IMG/VR virus record: IMGVR_UViG_3300042891_000711
Span: 154,903-218,902 of that record
Strand: one strand, 5' to 3'
Length of the DNA stretch: 64,000 nt
Shown one piece after another: positions 50,324 through 58,057 of this stretch. The position numbers were made by a program, and so were the translations under genes. Under the pieces are notes generated by a model that was given only the letters and a program-made list of their open reading frames with translations, was not told the DNA's origin and searched no databases. Within the stretch, counting starts at the first letter, position 1; each line of letters begins with the position of its first letter.

Positions 50324-50769
50324 GTTGGAGATCAATTCAATTAGGGGAAAGATTATGCGACCAAGATCAACTAATAATAAATTTATTTCAAGGGCGTACA
50401 GTAAACTATATTGGCAACGATGATGAATTTTCAAAAAATTTAAATTTAGATCCTGCTTCGAAAAATATTATTGCTATTTTTAATCATGCTGGTTGGTTAA
50501 GTGATTTATTAAAATTCATCGAAAGTTCCATAAAAGATGCCGATGAATTTTATATAGGAATTAACAGATACACAATATTAGGAAACGACATCGATATAAT
50601 GTTTGCAGATGGTAATAGTAGCACACTGATTGACTTTATTTTGCAGTACACAGATTCTTTGGGATTTTCTATTAGCAAATCCGGATCATTTGATCAAGAC
50701 CAAGGAAGGTATTTTAATTTTGTACAACCGATAACCTGGGTATATGGAACAAACAAACGTAACCGATAG
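50320..50769 (+). CDS. Hypothetical protein inserted between gp47 and gp46
   Basis: ATGA overlap with gp47; AT-rich. Confidence 0.6.
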   Translation: MSWRSIQLGERLCDQDQLIINLFQGRTVNYIGNDDEFSKNLNLDPASKNIIAIFNHAGWLSDLLKFIESSIKDADEFYIGINRYTILGNDIDIMFADGNSSTLIDFILQYTDSLGFSISKSGSFDQDQGRYFNFVQPITWVYGTNKRNR

Positions 50770-51298
50770 TAACCGAATTGCATTTTTTCAGCAAGTATAT
50801 GCTGTTTCGACTTATTCGCAAAAAGAATTACTCGATATTCAAGAGTACCGAGATAAGAAAATATTAGCCGTCGATTCTTGCGGGTCACACTATGAAAAAA
50901 TGTTTCCAGAAGTAACCATTACAAAATTTGAACATGTACAAACAGTTAAAGAATATCAGTTACCCCAGGGGTATTTTAATAAATTGTATAATAAGATAGA
51001 AAATATAAAAGAAAAAACAAATGTATTGCTGTTAGATCATTGTCCTACTATTTTTAAATACAAAACAGAAATCGAGTTAGCCGATATATTATCTATTATA
51101 ATTAAAAATACAGATGCCGACTTATGTTTAGTGCGTATCGACACTGTTACGTTGGCTGATAATCGTTTAGTAGATCGTTTTAAAAATCTGTCTTTGATAA
51201 TACCGGAAAATTATGTAATTAATTATTTTATGTACAACCAAAAAGAACTATCATTTAAACTAACAAAAAAACAAAATTATGCTACCAGTATCTATTGA
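50744..51298 (+). CDS. Hypothetical protein inserted between gp47 and gp46
   Basis: Overlaps both neighbours; AT-rich. Confidence 0.6.
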   Translation: MEQTNVTDSNRIAFFQQVYAVSTYSQKELLDIQEYRDKKILAVDSCGSHYEKMFPEVTITKFEHVQTVKEYQLPQGYFNKLYNKIENIKEKTNVLLLDHCPTIFKYKTEIELADILSIIIKNTDADLCLVRIDTVTLADNRLVDRFKNLSLIIPENYVINYFMYNQKELSFKLTKKQNYATSIY

Positions 51299-52151
51299 TT
51301 TTGTTGCCGGCAGTCACGGACATTTTTTAGAATATGTTTGCAATCGATTTATAGCAAAACAAAACATTGAATTTAGCCCGTTTGATTCGTTGGGTGCCAG
51401 TCATGCTATGCCCGCAGAATATCAACAGGAGAAAATATTTAAATGCAATCATTATTCAAATTATCATATACCCACCGAACCTAATGTGGTTAAAATCTCT
51501 TTTGATAATAACGATTTATTAGCATTATCTAGTGTTTGCTTTTTACGGGCCGGTAATTCAAATATTGATATCAGTAATCTCGAGTACAATACATACAATA
51601 AGTTAAAAGATGGGTTTTTTAAAGAGTTAATTAGCGAAATAACTGTAGCTTATCCTAATCTTGTGCTAAATGAATCTATGCCTAATTGTCCGAGGTACAT
51701 ATTGCGAGAATTTTTTAAATTTGGGTTTAAAGATTCTGTTATTAACGGATTTACAAAGAAATTAAAAGAACTACAGTATAATAACAATATTAATGTTTTT
51801 GATTTTAAGTTTAACAATTTTTACAATACCCACCAATTTATAAACAATATTATAGAGATTTCGCATTGGTACGGTGTTACTGTAGACCAAATTAATCAAT
51901 TAAAAATACTACACGAAGAGTTTTTAAGTAAACAACTATTCAAAGAGCATAAACAACAATGTGATTATATTATTGATATGATTATTAAAAAACAAAACGT
52001 TTCTATTAATAATTTAACCATATTTCAAGAGAGCTATATAAATGGTTGTTTGGAAAATTTATATAGCAACGAAATGCCTTTTGTGCAAGAAAAGTATTTT
52101 AATTCAACTCAAGATGTAGTATACTACTTAAATACCTCAGGGCTCAGATAA
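51279..52151 (+). CDS. Hypothetical protein, possibly sulfotransferase-like P-loop fold
   Basis: N-terminal beta strand plus glycine loop IDFVAGSHGHFLEY; weak resemblance only. Confidence 0.4.
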   Translation: MLPVSIDFVAGSHGHFLEYVCNRFIAKQNIEFSPFDSLGASHAMPAEYQQEKIFKCNHYSNYHIPTEPNVVKISFDNNDLLALSSVCFLRAGNSNIDISNLEYNTYNKLKDGFFKELISEITVAYPNLVLNESMPNCPRYILREFFKFGFKDSVINGFTKKLKELQYNNNINVFDFKFNNFYNTHQFINNIIEISHWYGVTVDQINQLKILHEEFLSKQLFKEHKQQCDYIIDMIIKKQNVSINNLTIFQESYINGCLENLYSNEMPFVQEKYFNSTQDVVYYLNTSGLR

Positions 52152-52152
52152 A

Positions 52153-53925
52153 ATGACATTCAAAATAAAAAATCTTACAGTTAAGAACTTCATGAGTGTT
52201 GGTAATGCAACGCAGGCAGTGGACTTTGATCGCAATGACCTTACGTTAGTACTTGGTGTTAACGTTGACTTAGGTGGGGATGACAGCGGTGCACGTAATG
52301 GTACAGGTAAAACTACTATCATTAATGCCTTGAGCTACAGTTTGTTTGGGCAAGCATTAACTAATATTAAACGTGATAACTTAATTAATAAAACTAACGG
52401 TAAGAATATGTTAGTCACAGTTGAGTTCGAGCATAACGGGCAAGATTATAAGATTGAACGTGGCCGTAAACCTAACATAATGAAGTTTTATGTAGGCGAT
52501 GAAGAAAAAGAAATTACCGATGAAAGTCAAGGCGACAGTAGAGAAACACAGGCTGAGATTGAACGCTTGTTAAGCATGTCGCACAATATGTTCAAACACA
52601 TTGTTGCACTTAATACATATACTGAACCATTTTTAAGTCTTAAATCTAACGACCAACGTGAGATTATCGAACAACTACTTGGTATTACTGTCTTAAGTGA
52701 AAAAGCAGAAAAACTTAAAGAGTTGGGTCGTGCCACTAAGGATGCAATACTGCAAGAAGAGTTCAATATTAAAGCCATAACCGACGCAAATGGCCGTATT
52801 CAGGAGCAAATTGACAGCTTAAAACGTCGGCAAACTTTGTGGACTACCAAGCATGCAGACGATACAGTAAAACTACAAAATGCCCTTACAGAACTGCTTA
52901 AAATTGATATCGAACAAGAGCTAGCAGCACATACTGCGCTAACTGCTTACAATCAACAGCGCAAAGACCTAGATGATTTATCCAAGGCCATTCTGCGTAG
53001 CGAAGCTGACATTGCCCGTGAACAAAAGACTATAGACAAAGTTACTAAAGAAATTGCAGACTTAGAATCACATACCTGTTATGCTTGTGGACAACATTTT
53101 CACGATAGTAAGCACGAAGAAGTGTTGGCAGCTAAACGTGCTTCGCTCGAAACTGCTACAAATCAATATCTGTCAGATGAGTCGCAATTACTTGCGCTTA
53201 CTGGTGCTAAGACAGAAATTGGCATACTTGGTGCGCAACCTCGAGTGTTTTATGACAAGGAAGCTGATGCATTCCATCATAAAGGTTCTATTACCAGCTT
53301 AGAAACGCAGTTAGCCGCTAAGTCTGCAGAAGTAGATCCATATGCTGAACAGATTGAAGAAATGACTCAAACTGCCCTAGTTGAAACTGATTATACTACC
53401 ATGAATGATCTAGTCAAGTTAAAAGAACATCAGGACTTCTTGTTAAAACTATTAACTAACAAAGATAGCTTTATCCGTAAGCGTATCATTGATCAGAACT
53501 TGTCGCATTTAAACGCACGATTAAGTCAATACTTGGATCGTATCGGCTTACCACATACGGTGACGTTCTTAAACGATTTAAGTGTTGAGATTACAGAACT
53601 TGGGCGTGAGTTAGACTTTGACAACTTATCGCGTGGTGAACGTAACAGGCTTATCTTAAGTTTATCATGGGCTTTCCGTGATGTATGGGAAAGTTTATAC
53701 AATCCAATTAACTTATTGTTTATCGACGAGCTTATTGACAGTGGTATGGACAGTAGCGGTGTTGAAAGTTCATTGGGCATACTTAAAAAGATGTCACGTG
53801 AGCATGAGAAAAGCATTTGGCTTGTTTCACACAAAGATGAACTTGCAGGGCGAGTTAACAATATTATGACTGTAACCAAAGAGAACGGGTTCACATCATA
53901 TAGTACCGACGTAGAAGTAATATGA
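52153..53925 (+). CDS. gp46: Recombination ATPase subunit (gp46, Rad50/SbcC-like)
   Basis: KNFMSVGN, Walker A NGTGKTT, zinc hook CYAC, signature LSRGE and Walker B LLFIDE. Confidence 0.95.
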   Translation: MTFKIKNLTVKNFMSVGNATQAVDFDRNDLTLVLGVNVDLGGDDSGARNGTGKTTIINALSYSLFGQALTNIKRDNLINKTNGKNMLVTVEFEHNGQDYKIERGRKPNIMKFYVGDEEKEITDESQGDSRETQAEIERLLSMSHNMFKHIVALNTYTEPFLSLKSNDQREIIEQLLGITVLSEKAEKLKELGRATKDAILQEEFNIKAITDANGRIQEQIDSLKRRQTLWTTKHADDTVKLQNALTELLKIDIEQELAAHTALTAYNQQRKDLDDLSKAILRSEADIAREQKTIDKVTKEIADLESHTCYACGQHFHDSKHEEVLAAKRASLETATNQYLSDESQLLALTGAKTEIGILGAQPRVFYDKEADAFHHKGSITSLETQLAAKSAEVDPYAEQIEEMTQTALVETDYTTMNDLVKLKEHQDFLLKLLTNKDSFIRKRIIDQNLSHLNARLSQYLDRIGLPHTVTFLNDLSVEITELGRELDFDNLSRGERNRLILSLSWAFRDVWESLYNPINLLFIDELIDSGMDSSGVESSLGILKKMSREHEKSIWLVSHKDELAGRVNNIMTVTKENGFTSYSTDVEVI

Positions 53926-54446
53926 AAATTGCAATCACAGGACATAGTCGAGGAATCGGGTTAGCAATAGCTAATCAGTTAAATCAGCATGACATAATTG
54001 GCTTAAGTCAAACCAATGGATATGATATTGCTAATATTTCTCAAATTATAAATGCAGTGCGTGATTGTGATGTATTCATTAATAATGCGTATTGTGATTA
54101 TTATCAGACTGAATTACTCTCAGCATTATATTTAGAATGGCAAGATCTTAATAAGATTATTGTTAATATCGGCAGTACCAGTACTGCATACCCGCGCACC
54201 GAAGCTGCATTAAATGATCTACCTTGGCCGTATAGAGATCATAAGATAAGTTTAGAAAAAGAATTTAGAAAATTAGCATGGCAAGGCGCTAACTGTAGAC
54301 TTGCATTGATAAATCCCGGCGCAATAGATACCGATATGATGCGAGCACAAAACTGTATTAAATTAAATCCTATAGAAATTGCCAAAGCTGTAGAAATAGT
54401 ATTAACTAATCCTTATATTAAAGAGATGACAGTTTATGCAAAATAA
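53922..54446 (+). CDS. Short-chain dehydrogenase/reductase (compact)
   Basis: TGHSRGIG, FINNA, NIGS, YRDHK (YxxxK) and PG.IDT. Confidence 0.85.
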   Translation: MKIAITGHSRGIGLAIANQLNQHDIIGLSQTNGYDIANISQIINAVRDCDVFINNAYCDYYQTELLSALYLEWQDLNKIIVNIGSTSTAYPRTEAALNDLPWPYRDHKISLEKEFRKLAWQGANCRLALINPGAIDTDMMRAQNCIKLNPIEIAKAVEIVLTNPYIKEMTVYAK

Positions 54447-55557
54447 GTATGGATTTCAGTTATACCATTGGCATCTTGAACCAAGTAGTCGTTGTACATT
54501 ACGTTGTCCTCGCTGTCCTCGTGAAGAAATGGGCGGTGATATACCATGGCTTAATAAAGATATCACTTTAGAATTATTTAAAAAAACATTTACAGAAGAA
54601 TTACTTAAAACACAGGTTAAACGTATTACTATGTGCGGTGATGTCGGCGATCCAATTTATTGCCATGACTATTTAGATATATGTGAATATATTAAAACTA
54701 CTAACCCTGATATACATATCTATACTATCACTAATGGCAGTTATAAAAAACAAGATTGGTGGGAACGCTTTGGTAATATATTAAATGAACGTGACACTGT
54801 AGCATTTAGTATCGACGGATACGATAACGATAGTAACAATTTATATAGAGTCAATAGTAACTGGGACAGTATAATTACCGGTGTAACTACGTTAACTAAA
54901 TTAAAAAGAGCTTATGTAACCTGGGCTGTAATTGTATTTGCATTTAATCAAGATCAGCTAAAACTAATAGAAAATATAGCACGTGACGCAGGATGCGATA
55001 GTTTACAGGTTACTAAAAGTATAAAGTTTGGTAGTCGATTTAATAGTTACAATACAACAGATAGCACAGACGAATTAGAACCGAGGCCGGAGTTTGTTAG
55101 TCAAAGTGGTCGTTACGAAAGATATAGTGTTCAATTAAGTAATCGTCGATTTGATAATGCTGACTATATGCAGACTAATTTAATACAGTGGAAGAATACA
55201 GTTAATACCTATAAAGATGATTATGTAATTCCACTTTGTTTAATTGGTAATCGTGGATTGTACCTAAATGCGGCTGGTCAATTATACCCATGCAGTTGGG
55301 TAGCGGCTCCTCACAAAGGTAGACATAGTCCTATTACAAATAAAACATTGAAATTAGAAGACAGCTTGTTTAGGAAACACGAAGACTTATTTAATCTGCA
55401 TACTAGGTCATTAGAGGAAGTATTAAATGACCCAGTCTGGGAAAAGTTATTTGATAGTTGGCACAAAAAAGAAGATGCATTTATTGAATGTGAAGAAAAA
55501 TGCAATAACTGTGCAGTCAGTCAAGAAAATTACAGTGTAGGATATTTAACAAATTAA
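54436..55557 (+). CDS. Radical SAM protein with C-terminal twitch/SPASM-like domain
   Basis: CTLRCPRC, GDVGDP, TNG and FSIDG; C-terminal C...LYLNAAGQLYPC...CEEKC. Confidence 0.88.
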   Translation: MQNKYGFQLYHWHLEPSSRCTLRCPRCPREEMGGDIPWLNKDITLELFKKTFTEELLKTQVKRITMCGDVGDPIYCHDYLDICEYIKTTNPDIHIYTITNGSYKKQDWWERFGNILNERDTVAFSIDGYDNDSNNLYRVNSNWDSIITGVTTLTKLKRAYVTWAVIVFAFNQDQLKLIENIARDAGCDSLQVTKSIKFGSRFNSYNTTDSTDELEPRPEFVSQSGRYERYSVQLSNRRFDNADYMQTNLIQWKNTVNTYKDDYVIPLCLIGNRGLYLNAAGQLYPCSWVAAPHKGRHSPITNKTLKLEDSLFRKHEDLFNLHTRSLEEVLNDPVWEKLFDSWHKKEDAFIECEEKCNNCAVSQENYSVGYLTN

Positions 55558-55611
55558 TTTGCCACCCACTACAAGGCGGTTAAATACACATAACAACAAG
55601 GAGAAGTAAAC

Positions 55612-55797
55612 ATGTCAATTCATGAAGATATTTTAGCAGCAGTAGAATTATACGTATCAGAATCAGAGAAATTTGAAGTTAAGGGTGTTAAGGCCGCAGC
55701 GGCACGTGCTCGTGGTGCATTGGGCGATTTAGGTAAATTAACTAAAGCCCGTCGTGCAGAAATCCAAGAGAAGAAAAATGCAGCGGCTGCAAAATAA
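55612..55797 (+). CDS. Small basic histone H1/Hc1-like DNA-binding protein
   Basis: EKFE.KGVKAAAARARGALGDLGKLTKARRAEIQ; TAAATA late promoter (55581) and AAGGAG SD upstream. Confidence 0.65.
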   Translation: MSIHEDILAAVELYVSESEKFEVKGVKAAAARARGALGDLGKLTKARRAEIQEKKNAAAAK

Positions 55798-55804
55798 ATA
55801 ACGT

Positions 55805-56245
55805 ATGACATACGACTTTCCCTGGATCTATAATGGTACACCTTTTGATTCAGGGGATATCGGTGAATACTATGGTTTCATTTATAGAATAACCAATCTT
55901 ACTAACGGCTACGATTATGTGGGCCGTAAGTATTTCAAAACTATTAAGAAAAGACCACCACTAAAAGGCAAGAAGAACAAACGTCTAGAAACAATCGAAA
56001 CTGATTGGAAAGACTACTGGGGTTCGTCAAGTCGATTAGTAGCAGATATATTAGAATTAGGCAAAGAACAGTTTACTCGCGAAATTATACACTTGTGTAA
56101 GAGTCGCGGTGAAACAAATTACATGGAAGCGTACTATCAATTTACAGAAGGTGTACTGTTGAAGGAAAATAACTACAACGGTATCATACAAATTAAACTT
56201 GGCAAGGGTTCCGTAAAAGATTTAATAATTAATAAAAACAGTTGA
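55805..56245 (+). CDS. GIY-YIG endonuclease (single catalytic domain)
   Basis: GFIYRITN..NG..YVG, YWGSS, FTREII, E, and YN. Confidence 0.85.
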   Translation: MTYDFPWIYNGTPFDSGDIGEYYGFIYRITNLTNGYDYVGRKYFKTIKKRPPLKGKKNKRLETIETDWKDYWGSSSRLVADILELGKEQFTREIIHLCKSRGETNYMEAYYQFTEGVLLKENNYNGIIQIKLGKGSVKDLIINKNS

Positions 56246-56270
56246 CCAACGACACTAAACGTATTACAAT
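56242..56270 (+). promoter_or_regulatory. Sigma70 promoter facing an ORF-free region
   Basis: TTGACC (56242-47) - N17 - TACAAT (56265-70). Confidence 0.75.
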
Positions 56271-56276
56271 AAACAC

Positions 56277-56840
56277 ACAGCTCCTAGACACCAAGTCACT
56301 CTCATAGAAACAAATTCCAACTCCGTAGTAAAGTAGTAAATGTTTTAACAGCCCTATTGCAGATTAAGTTCTGTATTCAGAGGAGATCGTGCTCGCGTAA
56401 TGGCCGCACGTGGAACGTGTAGACTAGACTACACACTGAATGGCGACCGTGTATTGTGCTATAAAAAGCGAATCAACAATATAAAAATTAGGTGTAAAAA
56501 CCGAATGATTTGGGCACTGTGAAAAAGATACAACCCATATGATGACATAGTTTGGCTAACTACGGATTATGCATCAACCGTCGTAAGAAGCAAGAGTAGG
56601 GAGTACAGGGCGACCGCTTCCGTGTAAATGAATATAATCTCTTTTAGTTAGTATGATGAAGCACTCGGATGAAGTCGCTCTGTTTTACTTTGCCTTTAGT
56701 GGGTGAAGTATGACTATAATCTGGATGAAGCAGTTCTAAAGTCAAAAGCATTACAGTACATAACAAAGTAAATTAGATTAATTAGATTAGAAGAAAAAGC
56801 ATGAGCGCAAGCGAAATGCGAATGTCTTTAGACATTCTTT
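56277..56840 (+). ncRNA. Candidate large structured non-coding RNA (or primer-RNA / origin region)
   Basis: No ORF of 60 aa or more, an upstream promoter, many stems with G-U pairs and two long loop-to-distal complementarities (see findings). Confidence 0.6.
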
Positions 56841-56901
56841 AAATGTAGTTAATTGTCTTTTGCTCTTATAATGACTTTGATAGACGTATGTTATAGTCAA
56901 T

Positions 56902-56925
56902 AAAAAAGCACAATAAATGTGCTTT
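56902..56925 (-). terminator. Intrinsic terminator for the gp26/gp51-like genes (possibly bidirectional)
   Basis: AAAGCACA-ATAAA-TGTGCTTT hairpin with an A run on the left, just past the stop at 56930. Confidence 0.65.
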
Positions 56926-56929
56926 AGTA

Positions 56930-57148
56930 TTAAAAAAATGGAAGTCCGCTTTTTTGTGTAGTTTCCATATTATCTTTAATAATCTTTCCGATAATATCTC
57001 TTTCTTGCTGTGTTAAAAACATTGCATCTTCATAACTTAAACCACCCCGCATATACCAACACATACGTAATGCTTCTTCTCTGAAGGCTTTTGACTCTTT
57101 ATCGTAGGAATCAAGCAGTTCTACGATGGCATCATTATCTAGGGTCAA
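56930..57148 (-). CDS. Small baseplate hub assembly protein (gp51-like)
   Basis: CWYMRGGLSYEDA..L...ER; ATGA-coupled to the gp26-like gene. Confidence 0.55.
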   Translation of the reverse strand: MTLDNDAIVELLDSYDKESKAFREEALRMCWYMRGGLSYEDAMFLTQQERDIIGKIIKDNMETTQKSGLPFF

Positions 57149-57999
57149 AAGCCTCGAGCGAAAAAACTTGCGTAATCGAAATCAATGGATAATTTAAATT
57201 CATTTGAGCATTCAGTACACACTACGTCGACTGGTTTAATACTAATTGATTTAGACAGTTCTTCAATTGTTTGTTGTACTGTGCGTATTACAGTTGATTC
57301 GGAATTTGTGTAGTACTCTCTAATAAATTTTGTATCTGATACAACGTCGCCATCTTCTGTCGTAATCGCCGCAGTACAATTAGATATAGTTTCGATGTTT
57401 AATTCAACCATTTTATTAATATGTTCATTGTATTTGACTTTTCTAACGTCTGCGTCAAGATCGGGATCTGCTAGTGTCTGGATTAACTTTTCTTCTTCAA
57501 ACACAGTATTACCAGATTTACTAATTTGAGCGTAAGTTAATGGTTTAAGACTAACAGACAACCCGTCTGATAATTCCACAGTCTTTGAATAATCTGGCAT
57601 TGATACAGAACCTAATGTAGCAGTTAAGTCTACATCATAATCATGTTCCGTACCGCATTGTGGGCAAGTCGATCCTATGGCCATTGTAGGACCATAACTA
57701 GCAATACGAATAGCAATCAATGTAGTGTCTACATCTACGCTGGGCATATCCCACGCATTTTTAATATTTGGGCAGCAACTCTGAATAACATCAACGACGC
57801 TTGTACCACTGATCAACGCATCTGGTGTGCGTAATGTAATTTCGTCTCTGGTAGTCATTGGATATACAGGTAGTTCGCCTGTTACTGGTAGTTCTAATGA
57901 ACCCTCTTTCCAAAACTTTCCTTCGCTAGTTAACTTGATATACAGCGCAGGTTGGCGAAAGTGTTTAGCTAACGGATTTGCGTTATTGATTTGAGCCAT
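57145..57999 (-). CDS. Baseplate hub subunit / assembly protein (T4 gp26-like)
   Basis: NPL..HFRQP, MT.RDEI, IAIRIASYG and two CxxC motifs. Confidence 0.75.
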   Translation of the reverse strand: MAQINNANPLAKHFRQPALYIKLTSEGKFWKEGSLELPVTGELPVYPMTTRDEITLRTPDALISGTSVVDVIQSCCPNIKNAWDMPSVDVDTTLIAIRIASYGPTMAIGSTCPQCGTEHDYDVDLTATLGSVSMPDYSKTVELSDGLSVSLKPLTYAQISKSGNTVFEEEKLIQTLADPDLDADVRKVKYNEHINKMVELNIETISNCTAAITTEDGDVVSDTKFIREYYTNSESTVIRTVQQTIEELSKSISIKPVDVVCTECSNEFKLSIDFDYASFFARGF

Positions 58000-58057
58000 G
58001 GTTTTATTTCCTATAAATATAATTGATATACTGTATATTTATAGGTTAAAACCATGG
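57996..58057. promoter_or_regulatory. Palindromic pair of opposing TATAAATA late promoters
   Basis: TATAAATA on + at 58012-19 and on - at 58036-43, embedded in 12-bp and 11-bp perfect inverted repeats. Confidence 0.8.

Noticed and set aside
55805-56245. GIY-YIG gene as an intron-encoded or mobile homing element
   Set aside because: It is free-standing with its own late promoter, has no split exons and has no C-terminal DNA-binding repeats.
56277-56840. tRNA, tmRNA, group I/II intron or hammerhead in the non-coding region
   Set aside because: I found no T-loop GTTCRA cloverleaf, no interrupted host gene, no domain V and no exact CUGAUGA/GAAA core. The GATGAAG repeats only partly resemble a hammerhead.
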